Below are positions 1 through 10,161 of a DNA stretch of 64,000 nucleotides, one piece after another. How positions within the stretch are numbered: position 1 is the first letter of the stretch; each line of letters opens with the position of its first letter. The position numbers were made by a program, and so were the translations under genes. Origin of the DNA: an uncultured Acidobacteriota bacterium (lineage in GTDB: Bacteria > Acidobacteriota > Thermoanaerobaculia > UBA5066 > Gp7-AA6); assembly GCA_963825175.1 (NCBI GenBank), contig CAWGSA010000002.1, positions 2,339,044-2,403,043 on the forward strand, given 5' to 3'. The notes under the pieces were generated by a model. The model worked only from the letters and a program-made list of their open reading frames with translations, was not told where the DNA came from and did not search any database.

Positions 1-1
1 G

Positions 2-1198
2 GACAGAGCGACCTTGCGCGTGGCCTTCGTCGATCCCGGCAATCTCGCGGTCATCGACGAGATCTCCGCCATCACCGGTAAGCGCGTCGCGCCATGCGTC
101 ACGTCGGAGGTGCGGCTGATGCAGGCGCACCAGAAGTTCTACGGCCGTCATCTCCCCGGCGGGTTCCGCGCGATCGTGCAAAAGCTCGAGCGCAAGACGG
201 CGCAGACGCGCCGCGGCGCCGAGCCCAAGCCGACGGTCGATTTTCGCGCGCCCGATCTGGTCGCCGCCAGCGCCACCAAGGTGCCGGTTCTGCCCGGTCC
301 GGATTTCGAGTCGCTCAGTCCTCCCGAGCTGCCGTCCCTCGAGGGCTCCGCCGCCGCCGGCCCCGCGCACGCGGATTGGCCCACCGCTGCCCCGCCGCCG
401 GCCCCGAGCGAGCCCGCTCCCGAGATCGCGCCCCCGATCGTGGCCCCGCCCGTCTCGCCGCGGGATGATTCGATCCGCTCCGGCGACGACTCGCTCGTCG
501 AGTGGGTCGGAGACGCTCTCGCTTCGTTCCAACAGGAAGGCACCCCGGCGGGCACGGCCCCGGGCTCGATCCCGGCGGCGAGCGGCCATTGCGCCGCTGT
601 CAGCCTGCCCGCTCCCGCGCCCCGCTCTCCTTCTTCCGACGAAGTCGCCTCGGGAATGTGGCGCGCGTCGAGCCACGAGGACGGTGATGCGATCGCCAGC
701 GGGATGTGGTCGCCCGGCGAGGACGCGGAGTCCCCGCTGTGGGAGGCGCGAACCCGCGAGGAGATCGGCGATGCCGTTCTCCAGAACGCCCTGACGCACC
801 TGCCGCGCGTTCTCCTGTTCGGTTCGGGAAAGACCGCCGTCACCGGCTGGCGGGGGCGCGCTCCGGCGCTCTCCCCCGGCGACGTCGAAGCGGTTCGAAT
901 CCCGGCCTCCGCGCGGACGGTCTTCGCGGCGGTCCTGGCCAGCGGCGTTCCGCACTTTGGACCGGTCGAGCGCTCGGAGTGGCCCGCCGCGCTCCACGAG
1001 TTGCTGGGGAAAGATCCCCCCGACTGCGCGATCTTTCCAATCCGCGTGCTGGACGGGGTCGCGGCGTTTCTGTACGCCGACCGCGACGGACGCCCAATGC
1101 TGTACACCGACTTCGCCTTGATCGCCCGCGCCGCCGCTTCCACCGCCAACGTGCTCGCGCGCTTTCTCCTTCGCTCCAATACCGCACCGGTCGCGTAG
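2..1198 (+). CDS. GspE/PilB N-terminal (T2SSE_N-like) domain protein with Pro-rich linker and GAF-like C-terminus; 5' end outside window
   Basis: Frame is open from the window edge. LRVAFVDPGNLAVIDEISAITGKRVAP resembles the T2SSE_N domain; C-terminal PIRVLDGVAAFLYAD is GAF-like. Confidence 0.6.
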   Translation, partial: DRATLRVAFVDPGNLAVIDEISAITGKRVAPCVTSEVRLMQAHQKFYGRHLPGGFRAIVQKLERKTAQTRRGAEPKPTVDFRAPDLVAASATKVPVLPGPDFESLSPPELPSLEGSAAAGPAHADWPTAAPPPAPSEPAPEIAPPIVAPPVSPRDDSIRSGDDSLVEWVGDALASFQQEGTPAGTAPGSIPAASGHCAAVSLPAPAPRSPSSDEVASGMWRASSHEDGDAIASGMWSPGEDAESPLWEARTREEIGDAVLQNALTHLPRVLLFGSGKTAVTGWRGRAPALSPGDVEAVRIPASARTVFAAVLASGVPHFGPVERSEWPAALHELLGKDPPDCAIFPIRVLDGVAAFLYADRDGRPMLYTDFALIARAAASTANVLARFLLRSNTAPVA

Positions 1199-1277
1199 CC
1201 TGTCCGACCGGGGGCCCGTCGCCGGCAGCTTGCGGCGGCGATCCGGAAACCGATGCCTGTGAGATAACTGCGGACCG

Positions 1278-2192
1278 ATGGACGAGCGGCCCGAGGATCG
1301 ATTCGCCCCGCCTTCCCCGGCTCCTCCTCGGCGGCGCCGGCGACTGCGCGTCCCCGAGCACCCGCTCTTTCACCTCGCTCTGCTCGCGGCGACTCTGGTC
1401 ACGACAACGCTCGCGGGCGGCCTGGTTTTCACCGATCGGGGCGGGTGGCTCGGCCAGGGGCGATTCTCCGACGGGTTCTCCTTCTCGATCCCCCTCCTCT
1501 TGATTCTCGGCACCCACGAGATGGGCCACTACCTGATGTGCCGCCGCCACGGCCTCGCAGCGACGCTGCCCTACTTCATCCCGTCCCCCCTGCTGAATCT
1601 CATCGGAACGTTCGGCGCCTTGATCCGCATCAAGGAACCGATCCGCGACAAGCGCCAGCTCCTCGACGTGGGGGCCGCCGGGCCGCTTTCGGGCTTCGTC
1701 ATGGCCATCCCGTTTCTCTTGTACGGAGTCGGGAGGGCTCACCCGATCGTCGCGACGACGACGCCGGGGAGCGTGCTCTTCGACTATCCCTTCGCGGTCC
1801 GGCTCGCGCAGCACCTCATGGCGAGCGGCCTCTACACCAGCGCCACGGTGCACGAGGATCCGACGTTCATGGCCGCGTGGTTCGGCCTCCTGGTCACGGC
1901 ATTGAATCTCCTTCCCATCGGCCAGCTCGATGGAGGGCACGTCCTGCGCGCCGCGGTCGGCCGGAGGCAGCCTGTCGTCTCGCTGGTCGTGCTCGGGCTA
2001 GCCGCGATCACGGCGCTGTGGGGGCCGACCTGGGCCGTGTTCTGCGCGATCGTGGCCGTCTTCATCGGGGTCCGGCATCCGCCGGTCGAGAACGACGACG
2101 AACCGCTCGATTTTGGGCGTCAGCTCGTCGCGCTGCTGTGTGTCGCCGTCTTCCTGCTCTGTTTCACCCTCGTCCCGGTGCGGATTCTCTAG
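1278..2192 (+). CDS. Site-2 protease family (M50) membrane metalloprotease
   Basis: HEMGH zinc motif, NLLPIGQLDGGH motif, multiple TM segments. Confidence 0.9.
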   Translation: MDERPEDRFAPPSPAPPRRRRRLRVPEHPLFHLALLAATLVTTTLAGGLVFTDRGGWLGQGRFSDGFSFSIPLLLILGTHEMGHYLMCRRHGLAATLPYFIPSPLLNLIGTFGALIRIKEPIRDKRQLLDVGAAGPLSGFVMAIPFLLYGVGRAHPIVATTTPGSVLFDYPFAVRLAQHLMASGLYTSATVHEDPTFMAAWFGLLVTALNLLPIGQLDGGHVLRAAVGRRQPVVSLVVLGLAAITALWGPTWAVFCAIVAVFIGVRHPPVENDDEPLDFGRQLVALLCVAVFLLCFTLVPVRIL

Positions 2193-2631
2193 GGGCGATC
2201 TCCAGCCAGAACGTCGCCGGCCCTTCGTTGACGAGCTCGACCTCCATCTTTTCGCCGAACGCCCCGGTCGCCACGGGGACCCCGATCATCGCGAGCGACC
2301 TGGCAAAGTGCTCGTAGAGCGGGCGCGCCTCTGCGCCCGGAAGCGCCCGTTCGAATCCGGGCCTGCGGCCCCGGGTGAGGTCGGCCGCCAGCGTGAACTG
2401 CGACACCACCAGCACCGATCCGCCGACGTCGGCCAGCGCGAGGTTCATCTTGTCCTGCGGGTCTTCGAAGATCCGCAGGCCGGCCACCTTCCGGGCCGCC
2501 TCCTCGGCGGTCGTTCCGTCGTCTCCTCGCTCCGCCCCCAGGAGCACGACGAGACCCTTGCCGATGCCGCCAACGACCTCTCCGCCCACCCGGACCTGCG
2601 CGCGAGCCACGCGCTGGATCACAAGTTTCAT
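2164..2631 (-). CDS. dtd: D-aminoacyl-tRNA deacylase
   Basis: MKLVIQRV N-terminus, SQFTL motif, NEGP motif. Confidence 0.95.
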   Translation of the reverse strand: MKLVIQRVARAQVRVGGEVVGGIGKGLVVLLGAERGDDGTTAEEAARKVAGLRIFEDPQDKMNLALADVGGSVLVVSQFTLAADLTRGRRPGFERALPGAEARPLYEHFARSLAMIGVPVATGAFGEKMEVELVNEGPATFWLEIAPRESAPGRG

Positions 2632-2643
2632 ATTGTGGAGGCC

Positions 2644-4221
2644 TCAGTGCCGTCTCCGCCGGGCCACACGCCGAAGCTCCGAAGGCTCCGGCGCGCCCAG
2701 CAGGTGGGCCGCCAGCCAGTACACAGCGGTCCCCGCCGTGATCAGCGCGAGCAAGGCAGCGGCGGCGGGACCTCCCCGCATCGACGTGGGATGGACCACC
2801 AGGAGCGCGAGGGCCAGCGCCCCGCCCATCGCGAGCGACGCCAGGGTGATCCGACCCACCGAGCGCAGGATCTCGCGTCCCCGCAGCCTCCCCTCGCGCC
2901 GGCGCAGCGCGGCGAGGAGGATGGCCACGTTCACGGCCGCGGCGATGGAAGCGGAGAGGCCGATTCCCGGGAGGGCCATCCGCGGCGTCAGGACGAAGCA
3001 CGAGCCGATGAAGACCGCGCAATCGGCGAACGCCGCGAGGACCGGAAGGCGGGTATCCTTCAGGGCGTAGAACGCCGGAACCACGATCCGCACCACGGCG
3101 AAGAAGAACAGCCCGATCGCCAGCATGGCCAGCACGTCGGCCGTGGCCCGGGCGTCATCGGTCCGAAATGCGCCGCCCTGGAGCAGCACGCGCAGGATCG
3201 GGAATCGCAGGACGACCAGGCCGACCGTGGCCGGAATCGTCACGAACGCGATCAGGCGCAGCGCAAACGCCAGCGTGTCCTTGAACTCGCCGCGGTCCGG
3301 GTCCAGCGCCTGCCGCGACAGCATGGGCAGGATCGCGGTGGCCAGGGCCACGGCGAAGCCGCCCAGCACGAGCTCCTTCAAGCGGTTGGCGAAGTAGAGG
3401 CGCGAGACGTTGGACGTGCCGAGCCCGGTCGCGAAGCGCGTGGCGAATGTCAGGTTGATCGTATTGATGCCGTAGGCGAAGAGGCGCGGTGTCATCAGGA
3501 GGAGGACCGACCGCACTGCCGGATCCCGCCAACCGAGCGCCGGGCGGCCGACCGCCCGCAGGCGGGCCAGCTGCGGCCACTGGACGGCCATCTGGAGCAC
3601 TCCTCCGAGCAGAACGCCGGCGGCCAGAGCGTACGCCGGCTCGGCGAACCGGGGAGCCAGGGCCAGGGTTGCCGCGATGAACCCCACGTTCATGAAAATG
3701 GGCGCCGCGGCGGGGACCGCGAAGCGGTGGTGGGCGTTCAAGACCCCCTGAAAGAGCGCGGCGATCGAGACGAGGAAAATGTAGGGGAAGATCCAACGGT
3801 TCAGAGAGACCGTGAGGGCGAACTGGCCGGGACGGGACCGAAAGTCGTGCGCCAGGAGATCGATGAGGACCGGGGACAGCAGAATCCCGAGGACGGTGAC
3901 CGCGGAGAGCAGAAAGGCGAACGTGCCGAGCGCCCGCCCCACGAAGGCCCGCGCTTCGTCTTGCGTCTTGGACGCCGAGACCTCCGTGTAGACGGGGATG
4001 AAGGCGGACGACATCGCCCCTTCTCCCACGATGTCCCGCAGCATGTTGGGGACGCGCCAGGCCACGATGAAGGCGTCGGTCCGCGCGCTCGCCCCAAAGA
4101 GGAGCGCGACCACCTTCTCGCGGAGGTACCCGGTGAGCCGTGAAACCAGAGTCAGCGGCGTGATGGCCGAGGCCGAGCGCACGAGGCGCCCGCGGGCCTC
4201 GTCGGTGCTGTCGATTGCCAT
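2644..4221 (-). CDS. murJ: Lipid II flippase MurJ (MviN)
   Basis: SRLTGYLRE, DAFIVAWRVPNMLR..GEGA, FIPV and many TM helices. Start taken at ATG 4221 (track extends to 4245). Confidence 0.93.
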   Translation of the reverse strand: MAIDSTDEARGRLVRSASAITPLTLVSRLTGYLREKVVALLFGASARTDAFIVAWRVPNMLRDIVGEGAMSSAFIPVYTEVSASKTQDEARAFVGRALGTFAFLLSAVTVLGILLSPVLIDLLAHDFRSRPGQFALTVSLNRWIFPYIFLVSIAALFQGVLNAHHRFAVPAAAPIFMNVGFIAATLALAPRFAEPAYALAAGVLLGGVLQMAVQWPQLARLRAVGRPALGWRDPAVRSVLLLMTPRLFAYGINTINLTFATRFATGLGTSNVSRLYFANRLKELVLGGFAVALATAILPMLSRQALDPDRGEFKDTLAFALRLIAFVTIPATVGLVVLRFPILRVLLQGGAFRTDDARATADVLAMLAIGLFFFAVVRIVVPAFYALKDTRLPVLAAFADCAVFIGSCFVLTPRMALPGIGLSASIAAAVNVAILLAALRRREGRLRGREILRSVGRITLASLAMGGALALALLVVHPTSMRGGPAAAALLALITAGTAVYWLAAHLLGAPEPSELRRVARRRRH

Positions 4222-4359
4222 GGGCGGGGTCGATTCTAGCGGCACGAAATCGTGAGGCCTCCTGTCGCCTCCCGCCTTACGCCTTACGCCCGGTCACGGA
4301 CATCATCTGTCCGCCGGAACCTGCATTATCGTTGCACCACCTGAAAGGAGGCAGAAGAC

Positions 4360-4788
4360 ATGGCCAGCGTCAACAAGGTCATCTTGATCGGCAATCTCGG
4401 CAAGGATCCGGAGATCCGCACAACCCCCCAGGGAACGGCCCTGGCCCGCTTTTCGGTCGCTACGACCACGACGTGGAAAGACAGCTCGGGAGCGCGCCAG
4501 GAGAAGACGGAGTGGCACGATGTCGTGGCCTGGGAAAAGCTCGCCCAGATCTGCGGCGAGTACCTCCACAAGGGCAAGATGGTCTACGTCGAAGGCAGCC
4601 TTCAGACCCGGAGCTGGGAAGACCAGAACGGGCAGAAGCGCTCCAAGACGGAGATCAAGGCCAACAACGTCGTGATGCTGTCGCCGCGGGACGCCTCGAG
4701 GGCGCCCGGGGCCGGCGCCGCGTCCGGACCGCGCGAGGTGAGCGAGGTGGCCGAAACGCCCACGTACGACGACGACGTACCGTTCTAA
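4360..4788 (+). CDS. ssb: Single-stranded DNA-binding protein
   Basis: VNKVILIGNLGKDPE, TEWH, acidic tail DDDVPF; AGGAGG RBS. Confidence 0.97.
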   Translation: MASVNKVILIGNLGKDPEIRTTPQGTALARFSVATTTTWKDSSGARQEKTEWHDVVAWEKLAQICGEYLHKGKMVYVEGSLQTRSWEDQNGQKRSKTEIKANNVVMLSPRDASRAPGAGAASGPREVSEVAETPTYDDDVPF

Positions 4789-4955
4789 CCCTCGCCTTCG
4801 CTACGGTTCGCGATCTGCCCGCTGACGCGGGCACCGGCGTTCGGCTCGCCCGGGTGCGGGCTCGACCGAACGCCTGATCGCGAGACCTCCGCTCCCGCGC
4901 CGCGGAAACACGACGAAACCGAAGCGCGGGCGGGGACACCTGCCTTAAGCCTCGG

Positions 4956-5011
4956 ACTTAGAACTTCGAACTTAGAACTTAGAACCTCGAACTTCGGAAC
5001 CCAGACCTCGA
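4956..5011. repeat. Heptamer tandem repeat (ACTTAGA/ACTTCGA)
   Basis: acttaga acttcga acttaga acttaga acctcga acttcgg between convergent ssb and nagZ. Confidence 0.85.
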
Positions 5012-5026
5012 TCTCCTGGACCCGCT

Positions 5027-6040
5027 TCAGAGTCCTCGCTCTCGCAGTGCGTCGATGTCGGCGATGAGCGCCCCGACCGGGCGCTCTTTCGTACGGACGG
5101 CCTCCTTCATCCGTCCCAGCCGCTCGCCGTAGACGTCCAGGCGCGCAGAGGCCTCCGCGCGGCGCGCTTCCGGCACGTCGCTGTCGACTGCGGCGACGCA
5201 GTCCGCGTACTCCTCGATCCGGCTGCACACGAAGAGGAGATCGCATCCGGCCGCCGCGGCGAGGGCGCACCGCTGCGGCAGGTCTCCGAACGCCGCGAGG
5301 GCCCCCATTTCCAGATCGTCGGAAAAGGCCGCGCCGGTGAACCCCAGCGTCTCCCGGAGCAGTCCGTGAGCGGTCGGCCGCCAGAGCGAGGCCGGTTCTC
5401 CCTCCGGCCCGGCGGCGTGAGAGATCATGACGGCGCCGGCGGCCTCCATCGCGGCGGCAAAAGGCGCGAGATCCTTCCGCGCCTCCTCGGCGTCGGCCAA
5501 GACCCTCGGAAGATCCCGGTGCGTGTCCAGGTCCGCGCGCCCCAGGCCGGGAAAGTGCTTGACGCACCCGCCGACGCCGTGGGCCTGGAGGCCTCGCAGG
5601 AATTCGAGAGCGGCCCGGCCGATCTCTTCCGGATCCGCCGAGGCGCAGCGGTCCTTCAGGACCCTCTCGGAGCGGCCCGGCAGGAGCCGGTCCACGACCG
5701 GAGCGAGGTCGACGTCGAACCCGAAGCGGACGCAGGCCTCTCCGGCGAGCTCGCCGGCCCGCAGCGCCACGCCTTTCTGCGCCGCGGCGCGAAAGGAGAT
5801 GGAGGGAGCGAGGGCCCGCCGCAGGCGATCGACCGGCCCGCCTTCCTGGTCCACGCAGAGCAGGGGCGAGCCGGGCAGCGCGCGGATCTCCGCGGCCAGG
5901 ACCACCGTCTGATCCAGGCTCTCGATGTTGCGCCCGAAGAGGATCACCGCGCGGGGCGGATGGCGCTGAAGAATCGCCCGCTCCGCGTCGGACAGAGTTG
6001 ACCCCGCGATGCCGACGCCGAAGAGGCGCGAGGTGGTCAT
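5027..6040 (-). CDS. nagZ: Beta-N-acetylhexosaminidase (GH3)
   Basis: ILFGRN, DQEGG, KHFPGLG..DTH, SDDLEMGA motifs. Confidence 0.9.
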   Translation of the reverse strand: MTTSRLFGVGIAGSTLSDAERAILQRHPPRAVILFGRNIESLDQTVVLAAEIRALPGSPLLCVDQEGGPVDRLRRALAPSISFRAAAQKGVALRAGELAGEACVRFGFDVDLAPVVDRLLPGRSERVLKDRCASADPEEIGRAALEFLRGLQAHGVGGCVKHFPGLGRADLDTHRDLPRVLADAEEARKDLAPFAAAMEAAGAVMISHAAGPEGEPASLWRPTAHGLLRETLGFTGAAFSDDLEMGALAAFGDLPQRCALAAAAGCDLLFVCSRIEEYADCVAAVDSDVPEARRAEASARLDVYGERLGRMKEAVRTKERPVGALIADIDALRERGL

Positions 6041-6043
6041 GGG

Positions 6044-8617
6044 CTAGTGTTTCTTCAACCTCTCCTGGAGCGAGAAGAGCAGCGAGAGGGCCGCGACCGG
6101 CGTCATGTGATCGATGCTCACTTCCCGGAGCTTTTCCAGCACCAGCTCCTCCGACGCCGAAAAGAGGAGCATCTGTCCCTGCCCCGCGCTCTCGCCTTCG
6201 TGCCGCGCCAGGACCGGCGCCCCCTGCACGTCGAGCTCCTGCTTCTCGAGGTTGCGGAGAATCTCGCGCGCCCGGGCGGTGACGGCGTCGGGCAGGCCGG
6301 CCAGCTCCGCGACCTGGATTCCGTAGCTTCGATCGGCCGCTCCGGGCACCACCTTGCGCAGGAAGACGACGCGCCCCCCCGCTTCCTTCACCGCCATCGT
6401 CGCGTTGGCGACGCCCGGACGCACCAGCGCGATCTCCGTCAGCTCGTGGTAGTGGGTGGCGAAAAGGACGAATGCCTCCTTCTCCGGAGCGTCGTGGAGG
6501 TACTCGACGATGGCCCAGGCGATGGACAGACCGTCGAAGGTCGACGTCCCCCGTCCCACTTCGTCCAGGATCACCAGGCTCCGGGGCGTCGCTTCGCGCA
6601 GGATCGCCGCCGCCTCCAGCATCTCGACCATGAAAGTGGATTCGCCGCGCGACAGGTAGTCCGCCGCTCCCACACGGGTGAAGATCCGATCCACGAGGGA
6701 CAGCTCCATCTTCGCCGCGGGAACGAACGATCCGGCCTGGGCCAGGAGCACGGCGGTCGCCACCTGTCTCAGATAGGTCGACTTCCCGCCCATGTTCGGC
6801 CCGGTGACCAGAAGGATCCGGCGCTCGCGCGAAAGATCGCAGTCGTTGGGAACGAATGGTTCCTCCCGGCGCAGGGCCTCGACCAGCGGGTGCCTCCCTT
6901 CCTCGATCAGAAGCCGCGGACCGAGCGCAAGACGGGGCCTGGCCCATCGTCCGGAGACCGCGATCTGCGCCATGCTCGCGGTCACGTCCAGCCCGGCGAC
7001 CGCCGCGGCAACCCCGGCCATCCGCTCGGCGGCGCCGGCGAGCTCCGTCAGCAGTTGCGCGTAGATCCTCTGCTCGATCTCGCCGATCCGGTCCTCGGCG
7101 CCCAGAATCTTCTCCTCCAGCTCCTTGAGCGCGGGCGTGACGAACCGCTCGGCGTTGGCGAGCGACTGCCGTCGGATCCAATCGGCGGGAACCCGGTCGC
7201 GGTGGGCCTGGCCGACCTCCAGCGAATAACCGAAGACGCGGTTGTAGCGGACGCGGAGATTGGAGATCCCCGACCGGCGGCGCTCCTCCGCTTCGATGGC
7301 CAGGAGCGCCGCCTGGGCGTCCCGCCGCAGCGCCCGCAGCTCCCCGAGCACGTGGTCGCAGCCGTCCCGAATGGCGCCCCCTGCGGAGGCCAGGACCGGC
7401 GGGTCCGGAGCGATCGTGCTCTCGACGCGCCGGACGAGATCTCCGACCTCGGGCATCCCGTCGGCCAGAGCGCGCAGCCGCGCCGAGGAGAGCGGGTTCG
7501 CCGCCGCGCGGATCGCCGGAACCTTCGCCAATCCCTGAGCCCACGCGGCGACCTCGCGGGGACCCGCGTTGCCGACGCTGATGCGCGCGAACCGCCGCTC
7601 GATGTCTCCCACCCCGTCCAGAGCGCCCTGCAAGGCTTCGCGCGCCGCGGCGTCGACCACCAGCTCTTCCACCGCGTCCCAACGGTCGGAGAGCTCGACC
7701 GGATCCGTCGATGGCCGGGCCAGCGCGTCGCGCAACGCCCGCGCCCCCATCGGGGTACGGGTGCGGTCCACGAGCCGGCACAGGCTGCGCTCCTGCGACC
7801 CGTCGGAGGATTCGAAGAGCTCGAGCGTCGCGACGGCGCAAGCGTCGAGCTCCATCCTCTCGCCAAACCGCAGCGGCTGCGGTCGGCCGACGTGGCCCAC
7901 GCCGTTGGGACGCATCTCGGCGGCGTACGCGCGCGCCGCCGCCGCGGCGGACAGGGCGGCATCCGAGGACTCCGCGCCCGCGCCGCGCGCGGCCGATTCG
8001 TCGAACCACGACGGCGGCCGCCGGCTCTCCAGGACCGGCCAGCCCACCGTCGGAAACGGCGCGCCATCGGGGAGGAGGGCCTCGCGGGGACGAAAAAGCG
8101 CGAAGACGTCGGGCAACTTTCGCGGCTCGACGCATCCGGCGTGGAACTGCCCGGTGGACAGGTCCAGAAAGGCGATTCCCCAGGCCGGCTCGCGCGGGAC
8201 GAGCGCGGCAAGATACGAGGGGCTCCCCGGCAGGAGGGCCTCCGGATCGAGCACCGTTCCGGGCGTCACGACCCGCGTGATGTCCCGTCGGACCAGCCCC
8301 CGCGCCGAGCGAGGGTCCTCCACCTGATCGCAGACGGCGACCTTGCGCCCCGACGCGATCAGCCGAGCGATGTGGTGCTCCACGGCGTGGTAAGGGACGC
8401 CGCACATCGGCGCCTCGATGTCGGAGTCCTTGTGGCGCGCCGTCAGGGCGATGCCCAAGAGAGGCGCCGCTTCGCGGGCGTCGTCGAAGAACATCTCGTA
8501 GAAGTCCCCCATCCGATAGAAGAGGATGGCGTCGGGAACGCGGGACTTCATCTCGAAGTACTGCCGAAGCATCGGAGTGTTGCGGGCCGGTGATCCGCTC
8601 ACGGTGGGTGCTAGCAT
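6044..8617 (-). CDS. mutS: DNA mismatch repair protein MutS
   Basis: TPMLRQY, MGDFYEMF, Walker A TGPNMGGKST, DEVGRGTSTFDG, ATHYHEL. Confidence 0.98.
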   Translation of the reverse strand: MLAPTVSGSPARNTPMLRQYFEMKSRVPDAILFYRMGDFYEMFFDDAREAAPLLGIALTARHKDSDIEAPMCGVPYHAVEHHIARLIASGRKVAVCDQVEDPRSARGLVRRDITRVVTPGTVLDPEALLPGSPSYLAALVPREPAWGIAFLDLSTGQFHAGCVEPRKLPDVFALFRPREALLPDGAPFPTVGWPVLESRRPPSWFDESAARGAGAESSDAALSAAAAARAYAAEMRPNGVGHVGRPQPLRFGERMELDACAVATLELFESSDGSQERSLCRLVDRTRTPMGARALRDALARPSTDPVELSDRWDAVEELVVDAAAREALQGALDGVGDIERRFARISVGNAGPREVAAWAQGLAKVPAIRAAANPLSSARLRALADGMPEVGDLVRRVESTIAPDPPVLASAGGAIRDGCDHVLGELRALRRDAQAALLAIEAEERRRSGISNLRVRYNRVFGYSLEVGQAHRDRVPADWIRRQSLANAERFVTPALKELEEKILGAEDRIGEIEQRIYAQLLTELAGAAERMAGVAAAVAGLDVTASMAQIAVSGRWARPRLALGPRLLIEEGRHPLVEALRREEPFVPNDCDLSRERRILLVTGPNMGGKSTYLRQVATAVLLAQAGSFVPAAKMELSLVDRIFTRVGAADYLSRGESTFMVEMLEAAAILREATPRSLVILDEVGRGTSTFDGLSIAWAIVEYLHDAPEKEAFVLFATHYHELTEIALVRPGVANATMAVKEAGGRVVFLRKVVPGAADRSYGIQVAELAGLPDAVTARAREILRNLEKQELDVQGAPVLARHEGESAGQGQMLLFSASEELVLEKLREVSIDHMTPVAALSLLFSLQERLKKH

Positions 8618-8656
8618 AGCCAACCGGCGCAGCGACGCAATTTCCGCGAGCCCGAA

Positions 8657-9301
8657 ATGAACGTTCTCGCGATCGACACCGCCAGCCCCGTTCCAGCCGT
8701 GGCGCTCTGCCGGGAAGGCAGAGTGTACGAAGAGAGTCTGCCCGTCGACCGGCGCGCCTCCGAGCGCTTGCTGCCCGCCCTCTCCGAGGTCTTGCGCGCG
8801 GCCGGGACGTCGTGGCGCGGCTGCGCACGCATCGCGGTCTGCTCGGGCCCGGGCTCCTTCACCGGAGTGCGGGTGGGCCTGGCGACCGCGTGGGGCCTGG
8901 CTCGGTCCCTCGGTCTCGTCGTCGAGGCCGTCCCCACCCTGGAGGCGCTGGCCGAAGCTTCGGGCGTGCGCGGCGGCGGCTCCGTGGCGGCGGTCATGGA
9001 CGCCGGGCGCGGCGAGGTCGTGGCCCAGGTCTACGAGCTCTCCGCTTCCGGTGGCCGTGCCCGGAGTCTCTCGCCGGCGCGGCGTCTGCCCGCCGCCGCG
9101 GCCGCCGACCTGTTTCGGGGCCGGGACGTCGCCGCCCTGCCCCCGGACATTCTCGGCTTCCCCTGCCCGGCGCTTGCGATCTCCCCGGCCCGAGCCGTCG
9201 CGCTGGCCGTCGCCCGCGCTCCTCGGGACGCGTCGGGGCTGTCGGGCGTCGCCATCTACGCGCGCAGCAGCGCCGCGGAGGAGAAGCTTGGCGCTTCGTG
9301 A
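8657..9301 (+). CDS. tsaB: tRNA threonylcarbamoyladenosine biosynthesis protein TsaB
   Basis: LAIDTA, GPGSFTGVRVG, MDAGRGEV motifs. Confidence 0.92.
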   Translation: MNVLAIDTASPVPAVALCREGRVYEESLPVDRRASERLLPALSEVLRAAGTSWRGCARIAVCSGPGSFTGVRVGLATAWGLARSLGLVVEAVPTLEALAEASGVRGGGSVAAVMDAGRGEVVAQVYELSASGGRARSLSPARRLPAAAAADLFRGRDVAALPPDILGFPCPALAISPARAVALAVARAPRDASGLSGVAIYARSSAAEEKLGAS

Positions 9302-9785
9302 GCCTCATCCCGAGCCATACCGGGTCATCCCGGCGGGACCGGGTGACCTGGACGAGATCGCGCGGATCGAGCGGGAATCCTTCATCGTTCCGTGGAAACG
9401 GGAGTTCTTCGAAAGCGAGTTGATCGAGCCGTACCGATACGCCCGGGTTCTGGCAGGCGGACCCGGAGTCATGCCTCGGGTCGGGGGATATCTCTTCGCA
9501 GTTTCGTTGTACGAGGAGTTCCACATCAACAAGATCGCGACGGACGGACGGCTGCGCCATCGCGGGTGGGGCACCCGCATGCTGGAGGACGCACTTCTTC
9601 GGGCAAAAGCGGCGGGAGCAACGGCGGTGACGCTGGAGGTCCGTGTCTCCAATAGGGCCGCTCGGAATTTCTATGCCCGGCACGGCTTCCGCGAGGCCTA
9701 CTGTCGAAAGGGCTACTACCAGGACGGCGAGGATGCCTTCGCCATGGTGCTCCCCCTCACGGGAAGTCTAAAGTCTCAATTCTAA
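9288..9785 (+). CDS. rimI: Ribosomal protein S18 alanine N-acetyltransferase
   Basis: GNAT motifs (IERESFIVPW, RHRGWG, LEVRVSN, YYQDGEDA). TTG start at 9288 after GGAGGAG; follows tsaB. Confidence 0.88.
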   Translation: MALREPHPEPYRVIPAGPGDLDEIARIERESFIVPWKREFFESELIEPYRYARVLAGGPGVMPRVGGYLFAVSLYEEFHINKIATDGRLRHRGWGTRMLEDALLRAKAAGATAVTLEVRVSNRAARNFYARHGFREAYCRKGYYQDGEDAFAMVLPLTGSLKSQF

Positions 9786-9873
9786 GGTTTGAGGTCCAAG
9801 GCTCAAGCTTCTCAATGGGAAAGGCGCGCCCGCCGACTCGCCTCTTTAAACTTGAGACTTTAGACCTTAGACT
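9766..9873. repeat. Degenerate heptamer arrays forming an inverted repeat
   Basis: gtctaaagtctcaa (9766-9779) is the exact reverse complement of ttgagactttagac (9852-9865). Confidence 0.7.
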
Positions 9874-9936
9874 CCCTATGTGGCTTCGCCTTCCGCTCTC
9901 GCCCTCATCCCAAATAACAGTAAGGAGGTCGAACCG

Positions 9937-10161
9937 ATGGAGAATTCGAGCCAGGAGTCTCTCGCGCAGGCCGATCCCGAATACCACCGCCTCCATGCGG
10001 AGCACCAGGACCACGAGCAGAGGCTCAGGGAGCTGGCGAGCAAGCCCCGCCTCTCCGAGGAAGAGGAGATCGAGGAGAAGAGACTGAAGAAGGAAAAGCT
10101 CCTCATCAAGGACCGCATGGAGGCCATCGCGCGCTATCACCGTACGGGAGTCGCGCACTGA
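9937..10161 (+). CDS. DUF465/YdcH-family coiled-coil protein
   Basis: EYHRLHAEHQDHEQRL...LKKEKLLIKDRM; TAAGGAGG RBS before ATG 9937. Confidence 0.85.
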   Translation: MENSSQESLAQADPEYHRLHAEHQDHEQRLRELASKPRLSEEEEIEEKRLKKEKLLIKDRMEAIARYHRTGVAH